DNA from: an uncultured Anaerolineae bacterium
GTDB lineage: Bacteria > Chloroflexota > Anaerolineae > CG2-30-64-16
DNA: 64,000 bases
Reading direction: 5' to 3'
NCBI GenBank assembly: GCA_937124585.1
Contig: CAKZKT010000104.1
Coordinates: forward strand, 1,316 to 65,315
In this document: piece by piece, positions 8,548-18,288 of the stretch
Position numbering within the stretch: position 1 is the first letter of the stretch
Layout of the letters: every line of letters starts with the position of its first letter
Notes under the pieces: model-generated
What the model was told of the DNA's origin: nothing
Seen by the model: the letters and a program-made list of their open reading frames with translations, nothing else
Database searches by the model: none
Translations under genes and position numbers: made by a program

Positions 8548-8580
8548 AGCAAAAGGGCTGCCCGCTCGAGCAGCCCTTTT
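8548..8580 (-). terminator. Rho-independent terminator of tmRNA
   Basis: Minus strand, immediately after the tmRNA 3' end: GGGCTGCTCGAGCGGGCAGCCC followed by TTTTGCTTGCC. Confidence 0.7.
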
Positions 8581-8588
8581 GCGTTCGC

Positions 8589-9003
8589 TGGTGGAGATGC
8601 CGGGAGTCGAACCCGGGTCCGAAACAAACGACCGTATGCCTCTACAAGCTTAGTTGCTGATTCGCATTTCACCGGGCGGTCCGACAGCAACCACCGTCCT
8701 CTAGTCCGGCTAGCCGATGATCTTAGGCCCGCCTATCGGCATCCGCGGGCTGCACCTTACGGTTTATGACGATGCGTTGCGACGCCGCCGGGCCCCGTCG
8801 CAGGCACCGTGGTCACCCTGCGGCGACCAGTTTGTTCGCTGCCTCTCTGTTACGCAGCCAGCGCGAGCGCGTTGGCGCGAGCAGACGGGAAGACGAACGC
8901 ATTGGTGCTCTTGGCACTTGTCTTTTTGCTCTGGATTAACGAGGTAAGAGCGCCTCGGCTTGCAGCCTACGACCCATTTGCCCCGTCGAGACCAGTCATC
9001 CCC
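8589..9003 (-). ncRNA. ssrA: tmRNA (SsrA), about 415 nt
   Basis: The minus-strand 5' end is GGGGAUGACUGGUCUCGACGGGG (tRNA-like acceptor/5' domain). The 3' end is ...GGGUUCGACUCCCGGCAUCUCCACCA (T-arm plus CCA). An internal tag reading frame ends ...P-S-A-R-A-N-A-L-A-L-A-A-UAA. It lies directly downstream of smpB. Confidence 0.9.
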
Positions 9004-9014
9004 AGGGCGATTTT

Positions 9015-9043
9015 ACTATACCACAATTTTACGCATTGCGCAA
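9015..9043 (-). promoter_or_regulatory. tmRNA promoter
   Basis: Minus strand: TTGCGC-17 nt-TATAGT with a TGg extended -10, placed about 7 nt upstream of the GGGG 5' end of the tmRNA. Confidence 0.6.
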
Positions 9044-9064
9044 GTCGCAATTTGCGCCATCGCG

Positions 9065-9544
9065 TTATTCGCGCTCCCACTCTTTGATCGCCCGTCGCAG
9101 ATCGCGATTGGCATCGCGCTCGGCGATCGCATCTTTCTTGTCGTAGAGTCGTTTCCCGCGCACCAGGGCGATCTCGACTTTGGCGCGGCCGTTCTTGAGA
9201 TACATGCGCAGCGGCACAATGGTCCAGCCTCGCTCCGCAACCTTGCCCTGGAGCTTGCGGATTTCCTGCCGGTGCAAAAGCAGTTTGCGCTCGCGTCGCG
9301 GCTCGTGATTCTCTCGATTGCCGAAGTCATAGGGCGAGATGTGGACGTTGACGAGCCACGCTTCGCCGTTGCGCAGCTGCACGAAGCCGTCGCGCAGATT
9401 CACGCGCGCCGCGCGTACCGATTTGATCTCGGTCCCGGTCAGCACGATGCCCGCTTCGTAAGTATCCTCCAGGAAATAGTCGTGATATGCCTTGCGGTTG
9501 GTGGCAACCTGTTTGACTTCCTCTCCTTCGCTCTGTCTGGCCAC
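9065..9544 (-). CDS. smpB: SsrA-binding protein SmpB
   Basis: 159 aa, ...NRKAYHDYF.E...EAGIVL.GTEIKS.R....NL.DGF... is a canonical SmpB. Confidence 0.9.
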   Translation of the reverse strand: MARQSEGEEVKQVATNRKAYHDYFLEDTYEAGIVLTGTEIKSVRAARVNLRDGFVQLRNGEAWLVNVHISPYDFGNRENHEPRRERKLLLHRQEIRKLQGKVAERGWTIVPLRMYLKNGRAKVEIALVRGKRLYDKKDAIAERDANRDLRRAIKEWERE

Positions 9545-9558
9545 AAAACCTCCCCTCT

Positions 9559-10920
9559 CTATCTGACGCCTTTCTCCAGCAGATACTGGATGGCGCGCTC
9601 CAGCTGTGGATCGCGTTTCGCCTCCACATCCTCTTTGGTCATTGGCACCTCGATATCCGGCACCAGCCCGATCTTGTGAATCTCGCGATCCTTCGGGGTG
9701 AACCAGCGAGCAATCGTGACCCGCAACTGCGAGCTATCGCTGAGCGTGTTGGGCAGCTGCACCGAGCCTTTGCCGAACGTCTTTTCGCCGATCAGGATGC
9801 CGGTGCCGGCGTCTTGAATTGCGCCGGCGACGATCTCCGACGCGCTGGCACTGCCGCCATCCACCAACACGACCAGTGGCGTATTCCCAAGCAGGTAGCG
9901 CCCTTGCCGTTCGTATGTCTTCTGACTGCCGTCTTTCATGCGTTCGATCAGAATCGGGCCTTCCGGCACGAAATAGCTGCCGATGCGCACCGCAGCATCC
10001 AGCAAGCCGCCCGGATTGCCCCGCAGGTCCAGGATCAGGCCGACCGGCTTCTGCGCCAACGCGTTATTGATTGCCTCGGACAGCCGGGCCGGCGCAATGC
10101 TGCTGAATTCGCTCAGCGCCACGTACTGGATCTTGCCCTCTGCCAGGACGTCGGTCTTGATTACGGGGATCTCGATGCGATCTCGGATGACCGTGACATC
10201 GAACGGCGCCTCCTGGCCGCGGCGGATGGTCAACACGACCTTCGTGTTGCGTGGGCCGCGGATCAGGGTGATGGCCTCCAACAGGCTGAGCTTTGTGATG
10301 TCTTTGCCGTCCACGGCGATGATGACATCACCTACCTGGAGGCCAGACTTCTCGGCCGGCTGGCTGGGGAAGAGGTAGCGCAAGCGCACTCCGCCGCCCT
10401 CCGCCAGTTCCACCTGGGCGCCGATCCCCTCGAAGCTGCCTTGCATGTCGGAATTGAACAGGGCTGCAGCCTTCGGGTCAACGAAAGCGGTGTGTTGGTC
10501 GCCCAGGCGCTCGACGACGCCGCGAATGGCGTTGTAGGTGACCTCTTTGCCCTGCGGCAGGTCGCCGTAGAACTGCTTTCTCAGCAACGTCCAGACCTCG
10601 CGGAGCAGGGCCTCGTCGAACGGATCATCTTCGGTCAAGCTGTCGTCAACTGCCGCGCGCGGGGCCTGGGTTGGCGTCGGTGTGGGCGGCGGCGTCGGTC
10701 GCGGCGTCGCAGTGGCAGGCGGTAGGGTAGGGGAGGGCGCCGGAGCAGCCGCCACGCTGTCGTCAGGCGCTTCTCGGGCGACGACCGAGATCGCGGCAAC
10801 GGTGCGCGCGCTGGCCATGCCTGCGCTGAAGCCCGCGCCGAAGGCGGTCACGACCAGAATCAGGGCAAATGTCACGCTTAGAAAAATTTTCACGAGAGTC
10901 GCTGAATTGTTGTCTTTCAT
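9559..10920 (-). CDS. S41 family carboxyl-terminal processing protease (CtpA/Tsp-like) with a PDZ domain
   Basis: N-terminal TM anchor, Pro/Thr-rich linker, PDZ (GLQVGDVIIAVDGKDI) and an S41 catalytic domain (ILIGEKTFGKGSVQ). Confidence 0.85.
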   Translation of the reverse strand: MKDNNSATLVKIFLSVTFALILVVTAFGAGFSAGMASARTVAAISVVAREAPDDSVAAAPAPSPTLPPATATPRPTPPPTPTPTQAPRAAVDDSLTEDDPFDEALLREVWTLLRKQFYGDLPQGKEVTYNAIRGVVERLGDQHTAFVDPKAAALFNSDMQGSFEGIGAQVELAEGGGVRLRYLFPSQPAEKSGLQVGDVIIAVDGKDITKLSLLEAITLIRGPRNTKVVLTIRRGQEAPFDVTVIRDRIEIPVIKTDVLAEGKIQYVALSEFSSIAPARLSEAINNALAQKPVGLILDLRGNPGGLLDAAVRIGSYFVPEGPILIERMKDGSQKTYERQGRYLLGNTPLVVLVDGGSASASEIVAGAIQDAGTGILIGEKTFGKGSVQLPNTLSDSSQLRVTIARWFTPKDREIHKIGLVPDIEVPMTKEDVEAKRDPQLERAIQYLLEKGVR

Positions 10921-10974
10921 TTTTCCTTCCCCACCATCCTGAAAACCGCTTGCGAAATCAATCTGGTCTGCAGC

Positions 10975-12219
10975 TCATCGTTCTCCGCGCAACCATGCCT
11001 GCGCGCGCGCCAGCTGCGGATCGCGGCCGGCTTCGCGGTCGGCCGCCGAAATGTTGACCTGGAGATCGGGCGTCAACCCGACCCTGTCTATCTGGTGACG
11101 CGCCGGGGTGAGCCAGCGCGCCACGGTGACGTGCAGCGAGGAGCCATCGGGCAGCTCATGCACCTCCTGCACAGAGCCTTTGCCGTAGCTTTTTTCGCCG
11201 ATCAGGATGGCCCGTTGCGCATCGCGCAGTGCGCCGGCCACGATCTCCGAAGCGCTTGCCGTGCCCGCATCTATCAAGATCACCAATGTCCACTTTTGGG
11301 CCGGACTGTTGAGCTTCTTGACAGGATAGTAGCGCTCTTCGCCCCCACGTTTGGCCTCGTAAAGCACGATGCCGTCGGCAAGGAAGCGGCTGGTGATGTC
11401 CACGGCCGCGTCCACGAGGCCGCCGCCGTTGCCGCGCAGATCGAGCACCAACCGATCTACATCCTGGTCGGCCAGCTCGGCCAGAGCAGACTCCAGCTCT
11501 TGATTCGTGCGTTCACCGAAGACGCTTATTTTGACATAACCGATGTGATCCTGTGGACTCAATACCCGCCAGTCCACGCTCGGCATCTCGATGCGCTCGC
11601 GCATGATCGCGACATCAAATGGAGTCGCCCCGCCGGAACGCTTGAGTGTCAACACGACTCGCGTGCCCACATCGCCGCGCACCAAGGCGACCACATCCTG
11701 GACGTTCATCTGCGGGGTGATCGGCTTGCCGTCCACGGCCAGCAAAATATCGCCGTCTTTGATGCCTGCCCTCGCGGCCGGCCGGTCTCGCATGACCGTG
11801 AGCACCAGGTCCCCGGCTTCGTTGCGGCCCATCGTGGCGCCGATGCCGCCGAAATGGCCGCGAATCTCATCGCGCTCGATGCGCCGCGAGGTCGGCTCCA
11901 GGAAGACGGTGTGAGGGTCTTTGTACGAGCCGACCAGGCCGCGAATGGCACTATACAGTTGCGCCTGCGCGTCCGGGATCTCGCCCATGAAGCGGTCACG
12001 CAGCAAATCGCGCACGCGCCACAACAGGCCGAAATCCGCCGGCGTATCCATGCGGGCATCAGCCTGGGCGTGCCGGTCGCCCAGCAGATAACCGCCAGAA
12101 AACGCGGCGCCGACGAGCAGGGCAACCACGACCAACAAAGCGATGGGTTTGAACGAAACCACCAGTCGGCGCTCATTCACAAGATTGACATAATCAAAAA
12201 TCGTACCATGCATGTCCAT
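10975..12219 (-). CDS. S41 family carboxyl-terminal processing protease (second tandem paralog)
   Basis: Same architecture: TM anchor, PDZ (GIKDGDILLAVDGKPI) and S41 (ILIGEKSYGKGSVQ). Confidence 0.85.
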   Translation of the reverse strand: MDMHGTIFDYVNLVNERRLVVSFKPIALLVVVALLVGAAFSGGYLLGDRHAQADARMDTPADFGLLWRVRDLLRDRFMGEIPDAQAQLYSAIRGLVGSYKDPHTVFLEPTSRRIERDEIRGHFGGIGATMGRNEAGDLVLTVMRDRPAARAGIKDGDILLAVDGKPITPQMNVQDVVALVRGDVGTRVVLTLKRSGGATPFDVAIMRERIEMPSVDWRVLSPQDHIGYVKISVFGERTNQELESALAELADQDVDRLVLDLRGNGGGLVDAAVDITSRFLADGIVLYEAKRGGEERYYPVKKLNSPAQKWTLVILIDAGTASASEIVAGALRDAQRAILIGEKSYGKGSVQEVHELPDGSSLHVTVARWLTPARHQIDRVGLTPDLQVNISAADREAGRDPQLARAQAWLRGER

Positions 12220-12485
12220 TCATGAGAGGCCCTCGTGCGACCCGCTCCGGACACCTCTGGGCAAAACAGGCGGCAGCAGACGCTCTAAACTATATTATAA
12301 CCAGGCATCCGCCGAATACCGTAATAACCGTCACGATACAGCAAAGCACACGGGATGCAGCGCGCCGGAGCGAGCTGAAATAGCCCGACTTATGTCGAGC
12401 GATGCAGGTCAATCCGGCCCATATTCGACATAACATATATAGTGTGAACATGATCAGATGGCGAAAACATGACATAATAATCAGG

Positions 12486-13706
12486 TCAGCCTCCGCCCCG
12501 CTGCGCGCGCGACGGCCACACATAGGGCCGCAGGCGAGACGCCAGACGCGCAGGCGCCTTGCCCCAGACGCGCGTGCCCTCTGGCCCGTGTTCCTCACGT
12601 TCCACAACGCCGCGCTGATGCCACAGGCCCAGCAGGTCGCCGCGCTGGTACGGCAACAGCACGGTGAGTTCGATCATTTCCTCGCTGAGCACTTCTTCAA
12701 TGCGGCTCATCAGCGCTGGCAGACCCTCCCCGGTCAAAGCCGAGATCGGCACGCTGTTCGGTAGATCGGCCAGGGCCACATTTCCGCCCCCCAGGGCGGG
12801 CAGACGGTCAATCTTGTTGAGCGCGGTGATGATGGGCTGGCTCGTGGCCTCGAGTTCCTCGAGCACCTGCAGCACCGTGGCGACCTGCTCCTGGACATTT
12901 TTGTGTGTTATGTCAACTACATGCAGGATCAAATCGGCCTCGGAGATCTCTTCCAGCGTCGCGCGAAATGCCGCGACCAGGGCAGTCGGTAACTTCTGGA
13001 TGAAGCCAACCGTGTCGGTGACGAGCACTTCCCTGCCCCCCGGCAAGGCGATCCGCCGCGTGGTCGGGTCGAGGGTGGCGAAAAGCTGATCGGCGACGTA
13101 CACCTCGGCCCCGCTGAGCGCGTTCAACAGCGTGGATTTGCCCGCGTTGGTGTAGCCGACGAGCGCCATGACGGGAATTCCCTCTTCGAAACGACGCCGC
13201 CGGTAATTCGCTCGATGCGTGCGCACCTCCTCCAATTCTTGTTTCAGGTGCGTGATGCGTCGGCCGATCTCACGGCGATCCACTTCGAGCTGGGTTTCGC
13301 CAGGGCCACGCAGGCCCACGCCGGCCGCACCACCACGGCCGGCCGCGCCGCCCGCCTGACGCGCCAGGTGCGTCCACGCGCGCGTGAGCCGGGGCAACCG
13401 ATACTCGTATTGCGCCAGCTCAACCTGCAGCGCGCCCTCACGGGTGTGCGCGTGCTGCGCGAAGATGTCCAGGATGAGCGCCGTGCGGTCGAGCACCTTT
13501 ACGTTGTCGTTGCCGATGGCGCGCTCCAGCTCCCGCTGCTGAGCCGGCGACAGTTCTTCGTCGAAGATGACCAGCTGGGCACCGGTGTCGGCGCGCAGCG
13601 CAACCAGTTCCGCAACCTTCCCGGTCCCGATCAAGGTGGCCGGATTGGGCCGCTCCAGGCGCTGTTCGAGCACGCCCACCACCTGGACACCGGCCGTCTC
13701 GGCCAA
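12486..13706 (-). CDS. hflX: GTPase HflX
   Basis: HflX N-domain plus G-domain (GYTNAGKSTLLNALSG...DTVGF..LP). Confidence 0.85.
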   Translation of the reverse strand: MAETAGVQVVGVLEQRLERPNPATLIGTGKVAELVALRADTGAQLVIFDEELSPAQQRELERAIGNDNVKVLDRTALILDIFAQHAHTREGALQVELAQYEYRLPRLTRAWTHLARQAGGAAGRGGAAGVGLRGPGETQLEVDRREIGRRITHLKQELEEVRTHRANYRRRRFEEGIPVMALVGYTNAGKSTLLNALSGAEVYVADQLFATLDPTTRRIALPGGREVLVTDTVGFIQKLPTALVAAFRATLEEISEADLILHVVDITHKNVQEQVATVLQVLEELEATSQPIITALNKIDRLPALGGGNVALADLPNSVPISALTGEGLPALMSRIEEVLSEEMIELTVLLPYQRGDLLGLWHQRGVVEREEHGPEGTRVWGKAPARLASRLRPYVWPSRAQRGGG

Positions 13707-13840
13707 TCGCTCCAGCTCGGCCAGCGAATCGGCGAGGCTCCAAGGCGATGGCCTGCCTTTGATTTCGACACCGACCAGAAGCGCCTTCTCCGGCGGCGGT
13801 GCTACATCATGTAAACGAAGCGCGATCCGAACCTCCTTAT

Positions 13841-14794
13841 CTATTGTACTCCCTGCGTTTCCAAAAACGTCTTGATCACCCGGCCGACCCGCTCCAGCGA
13901 AAGCGGCGCCAACTTATCCGGCGTGTCGTGGGTGGTATGCCAGTAAGGATAGTCAAAATCTATGATAACTGCGGCAGGAATGCCCCGCTGCAGGAACGGC
14001 GTGTGATCGTCGATGATCGCCCACTTGTAGATCGGGAGGAAGAACGGCCCATAGCCGAGCCTGGCCGCGATCTCCCATAGCTGGGCCTGGAGCGCCGATG
14101 ACGAATTATACTCCTTGTAGATTTGTTGATCGGCGTCGCCGATCATGTCCACGATGATCACTGCTTTGGGCAGGACAGTGAGATTCTGGGCCATGTAGCG
14201 AGAGCCGGCGATGAACTCCCAACCATCCAGCCCGCCGTTGTCTTCCGCGTCGAAGAAGACCAGCCATACTTCGTTCTTCAGCTTGCGCTTGTCCAATGAG
14301 CGCGCCAGCTCCAACAGGACGGCGACCCCACTGGCGCCGTCGTTGGCGCCGAGCACGGGCTCATTGCGTTGCTGCGGATCCGGGTCATTGTCGGCGCGGC
14401 GCCGTGTGTCGTAGTGTGCGCCGACGATGATAACCGGCCCGGCCCCCGCCCGACCGATGATGTTGCGCCCCTGCACGCCCTGATAGATGAACGGCTGCTC
14501 CTCGACCTGCCAGCCGGTTGCCTTCAGCCTTTCGCTGATGTAGTCGCCCGTCTTGCGATTGGCTTCCGATCCGGTCGGCCGCGGCCCCAGATCGGTCTGC
14601 ATCAGCACATGCCGATACGCGGCCAGGCCGTCGAACTGCCCCACGAGCGGGGTGGGCGTCGGCGGCGGCTTCGGCAGAAAGCCATAGGCCACATTGCCGA
14701 ACCAGGCCACGATGCCCAGCAGGCCGACGACCATGACAGCTTCCAGCCAGCGCGCTCTCAGCCACTCGCCCCAACGCGATAATCTTTGTCTCAT
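13841..14794 (-). CDS. M28 family zinc aminopeptidase with an N-terminal TM anchor
   Basis: IIVGAHYDTRRRAD.. (His/Asp zinc ligands) and FFDAEDNGGLDG. The start Met at 14794 (MRQRLSRWGEW) overlaps the der stop (TGATGA). The longer upstream extension is Arg/Ser-rich and was not called. Confidence 0.7.
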   Translation of the reverse strand: MRQRLSRWGEWLRARWLEAVMVVGLLGIVAWFGNVAYGFLPKPPPTPTPLVGQFDGLAAYRHVLMQTDLGPRPTGSEANRKTGDYISERLKATGWQVEEQPFIYQGVQGRNIIGRAGAGPVIIVGAHYDTRRRADNDPDPQQRNEPVLGANDGASGVAVLLELARSLDKRKLKNEVWLVFFDAEDNGGLDGWEFIAGSRYMAQNLTVLPKAVIIVDMIGDADQQIYKEYNSSSALQAQLWEIAARLGYGPFFLPIYKWAIIDDHTPFLQRGIPAAVIIDFDYPYWHTTHDTPDKLAPLSLERVGRVIKTFLETQGVQ

Positions 14795-14798
14795 CAAC

Positions 14799-16175
14799 TC
14801 AATCCTGGTCTTCTCTGCGGTTGCGGAACTCCAGCCGCAACGGTGTACCGGTGAACGGGTAGGCGCGCCGGATTTGATTCTCCAGGTATCTGGCATAGGA
14901 GAAATGCACCAGTTCACGGTCGTTGACGAACAGGACAAAGGTGGGCGGCGCGATCTCCGCCTGTGTCCCGTAGAAAAACTTGAGCTGCTTGCCCCGCCGA
15001 TTCGGCGCTGGATGGTTTTGCACGGCATCGCGGATCAGCCGGTTGAGTTCTGCCGTGGGGATGCGCAGCTTGCGCTGTTCGGCAATCATCAGCGCCAGCG
15101 GCAAGATCTTGTTCACCCGCTGCCGGGTCAGCGCAGAGACGGTGAGCACGGGCACGTAATCCAGGAAGCGCAGTTCGGTACGAACGGCCTGGGCAAAGGC
15201 TTCGGCCGTGCCGGTCTGCTTGTCCTCGACCGCGTCCCATTTGTTCACGAGGATGGCGACGCTCTTGAAGGCTTCCAGGATGTAGCCGGCGACGTGCGCA
15301 TCCTGTGCGGTGATGCCGGCCGTGGCGTCGAGCACGAGCAGCGCCACGTCGGCGCGCTCGATGGCGTTGATGGCGCGCAGGACGCTGTACTTCTCTACCC
15401 CGCTCTCCACGCGGCCGCGGCGCCGGATGCCCGCCGTGTCAATCAGGATGATCTCGTGGCCCTCCCACTGCAGCGGCGTGTCGAGCGCGTCGCGCGTGGT
15501 GCCCGGAATAGGGCTGACGATCGCCCGCTCCTGTTGCAGCAACGCGTTGAGGAGCGACGACTTGCCCACGTTGGGCCGGCCGACGATCGCGATGCGCACG
15601 GCTTCGCTCTCCTCTTCTTCCGAGGCGGGCGGGAAGCCGGCGACCACGGCGTCCAGCAGGTCGCCTGTGCCGGTGCCGTGCAGGCTCGAGATCGGGTATG
15701 CCTCGCCCAGCCCCAGCTCGTAGAACTCCAGGGCGGCTTGACGCCGCGCCGGGTTGTCCGATTTATTGACGGCCAGGATCACCGGCCGGCCAGAGCGACG
15801 CAGGACATCGGCCACATCCTGGTCGGCTGCAGTGACGCCATCGCGCGCATCCACGAGGAAGACGACCACATCGGCCTCCTCGATGGCGATCTCGGCCTGA
15901 GCGCGGATTTCCGCCACATAATCTTGCGACGAGACGCTCAGCGTCGTGGGCCGGTCTCCCTTCTGGGGCGCTTTCGTGGTGGCCGCGATATCCAGGCCGC
16001 CCGTGTCCACTACGATGAAGGCGCGGCCGGCCCACTCGGCCTCGCCGTACAGCCGATCGCGCGTCGTGCCGGGCTCATCCTGGACGATGGCGCGACGCTC
16101 GCCGATCAGCCGGTTGAACAGGGTAGATTTGCCCACGTTGGGTCGCCCCACCAGGGCAACAATCGGTTTACGCAT
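14799..16175 (-). CDS. der: ribosome-associated GTPase Der (EngA), with two G-domains and a KH domain
   Basis: MRKPIVALVGRPNVGKSTLFNRL... plus a second GxxxxGKS (IAIVGRPNVGKSSLLNAL). Confidence 0.9.
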   Translation of the reverse strand: MRKPIVALVGRPNVGKSTLFNRLIGERRAIVQDEPGTTRDRLYGEAEWAGRAFIVVDTGGLDIAATTKAPQKGDRPTTLSVSSQDYVAEIRAQAEIAIEEADVVVFLVDARDGVTAADQDVADVLRRSGRPVILAVNKSDNPARRQAALEFYELGLGEAYPISSLHGTGTGDLLDAVVAGFPPASEEEESEAVRIAIVGRPNVGKSSLLNALLQQERAIVSPIPGTTRDALDTPLQWEGHEIILIDTAGIRRRGRVESGVEKYSVLRAINAIERADVALLVLDATAGITAQDAHVAGYILEAFKSVAILVNKWDAVEDKQTGTAEAFAQAVRTELRFLDYVPVLTVSALTRQRVNKILPLALMIAEQRKLRIPTAELNRLIRDAVQNHPAPNRRGKQLKFFYGTQAEIAPPTFVLFVNDRELVHFSYARYLENQIRRAYPFTGTPLRLEFRNRREDQD

Positions 16176-16184
16176 CTTTCGTCC

Positions 16185-17462
16185 TCAAGGCGTTCTGCGT
16201 CGGGGGGATGAATCATCCCCCGCGATCGGCGTCTTCGACGGTGTCACCGTGGGGGTGGCTGTGGCCGGCGCGCCGATGGTCACCTCGACCGTCTGCGGCG
16301 TCAACCCCTCGACGCGTACCCCTTCCGGCGTCGGTACCTGCGGCTCCACGACATGGGTGCCGGGGCCGAGGCCGGTCAGATCGAGGATCACCGGCGCCGC
16401 GTCGGGCTTCAGCTCTTCCAGTTTTGGCATCGGCCCGGTCAGGAAGACATTGACGTAGTCAATGCCCAGGGTATAAGTGAGGCCGGGCGCCAGACCCTGG
16501 ATTACCGGCCGACGGCGCACCGTCTGCGCGCCGGAGATGGGCCGGATGGTGACCAGCACGTTGACGCTCTGCGTGCCCAGCGCCGAGACGTTTTCCGGCA
16601 GTCGCAGAGGCACGCGCTCAGCCACATCGGCCCTGGCGTTGTTGATGTCCACCGGCACGGTGATGTAGCCGCTGATGCCGCTCATCACGGCCGGATCGCC
16701 GAACAGGGTCACCAGCTTCGGCTCCGCCGCGACGCCGCTGATGGCGTAGCCAGAAGCAGGCTGCCCGTACGGCTCCACGAGAACGGCGGCCTCGCGATAG
16801 CCGGGCAACTGCGCGATTGGCACCGAGATTTCCGCCTCGGCTGGCGACAGCGTTATGAGGCCGACCGGCTCGCCGGCCCGGTTGCGCGGTGTCAGGCGCA
16901 GCGTACGTTCCACATTTGATCGCGCGCCGCGCAGGTAGATGTCCACCGCGGCAACGTCCACCTGCTCCACCTGCGAGGTGGAGCCGAAGGCAGTGACATG
17001 AGTCGGCGACACGACAGGCGTCAGCCAATCGTAGCCGAAGGCAGGCGAGTCCATGATGTTAACTTGAACCGGCACCAATTTCTCGCGGCGTGCCTCGATG
17101 CGCACCCGCACCCGTTCGGGATTAACGGTGAGCACCTGGACGTCGGGGCCGGGCGGCTTCACCTGGACGCGCACATCATATTCGCCTGCCGACAGGCCCG
17201 ACAAATCCAGCCAGGCCGTGAAATCGCGCGCGGTCAGGTCGCGCCAGCGGCTCTTTGGCGCGCGAATTTCAATGCGCACCTGGTTGATGAGCTCGCCGAA
17301 AATGCTGATGTTTTCGGGCAAGCCGACGCGATTGACGATGATCGGCTCGGCGAACCAGTCGCGCGGGTTTTCCTCGCGCAGGGCGACGATCCAGACAGCT
17401 ATCGCCAGCAACAGCGAAAGCACAGCCGAGCCAAAATAAGAGAGCCAACGCCTCATGACCAC
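16185..17462 (-). CDS. cdaR: YbbR-domain protein (CdaR, diadenylate cyclase regulator)
   Basis: N-terminal TM then repeated YbbR-like beta domains. It is immediately downstream of cdaA with overlapping ends. Confidence 0.7.
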   Translation of the reverse strand: MVMRRWLSYFGSAVLSLLLAIAVWIVALREENPRDWFAEPIIVNRVGLPENISIFGELINQVRIEIRAPKSRWRDLTARDFTAWLDLSGLSAGEYDVRVQVKPPGPDVQVLTVNPERVRVRIEARREKLVPVQVNIMDSPAFGYDWLTPVVSPTHVTAFGSTSQVEQVDVAAVDIYLRGARSNVERTLRLTPRNRAGEPVGLITLSPAEAEISVPIAQLPGYREAAVLVEPYGQPASGYAISGVAAEPKLVTLFGDPAVMSGISGYITVPVDINNARADVAERVPLRLPENVSALGTQSVNVLVTIRPISGAQTVRRRPVIQGLAPGLTYTLGIDYVNVFLTGPMPKLEELKPDAAPVILDLTGLGPGTHVVEPQVPTPEGVRVEGLTPQTVEVTIGAPATATPTVTPSKTPIAGDDSSPRRRTP

Positions 17463-18282
17463 CCCTCGCCCTCGAACAGCCGCCGTGGCCGATAGAAATT
17501 TTCCAGCACCCGGCGCAGCCGCTGGCCGTCGAGACGCCGGACCAGCCGGCCGTTGCGGGCCACCGAGATGATCCCGGTCTCTTCGGAGACGACGATGGCC
17601 AAAGCATCGTTTTGTTCGGTGATGCCGGCCGCCGCGCGATGCCGCGTGCCCAGCGAGTTATCGGCCAGGACACGCGCGGTCAGCGGCAACACGCAACCCG
17701 CCGCAACGATCTGATCTCCCCGCAAGATCACCGCGCCGTCGTGGAGCGATGTGCCCGGAAAGAAAAGGGTCGTCAACAAACGCGCCGAGACTTTGGCGTC
17801 CAGGCGTTCCCCCGATTCCATGTATTCCTCCAGGCCGGTGGTCCCTTCGATGACGATCAGGGCGCCGGTTCGCTCGCGCGCCAGCATTTCGACAGCCGCC
17901 ACGAGCTCGAAGATCACCCGCTGCACGATGTTCTCGCGGCTGGCGCGGCCGATCAGGGTGCCCGTGCGTCCCAGGCGTTCGAGGGCGCGGCGCAGTTCCG
18001 GCTGAAAGATCACCGGAATCGCTACCAGGATCATCGGCAACGAGTTGCGCACTAGCCAGTTGAAGGCAGTCAGCCGGCTGGCTGCCAAAGTGGCAATCAG
18101 CACGACGAACAGAATGCCGCGCAGCAACGACACCGCCTGAGTGCCCTGGAACATGCGCAGGATGCCGTAGAAGATCAGGGCCACCAGCAGGATGTCTAAC
18201 AGGCTCAGCAGGCTCGGTGTCGGGATCGTGCCCACCAGCGCGCCGATGTTGGCTTGCCACAATTCCACCAGCCAGTCAATCA
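17453..18282 (-). CDS. cdaA: diadenylate cyclase CdaA (c-di-AMP synthase)
   Basis: Three N-terminal TM helices followed by a DAC domain (..DGAVIL.GD.I.AAG..LP......[22 protein letters not shown]). Start chosen at Met 18282 (MIDWLVELW). Confidence 0.85.
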
Positions 18283-18288
18283 TGGATG

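Noticed and set aside
12290-12607. 105-aa ORF in the AT-rich hflX-ctp intergenic region
   Set aside because: It overlaps the hflX 3' end and a promoter region, has no RBS or motif, and is likely non-coding leader.
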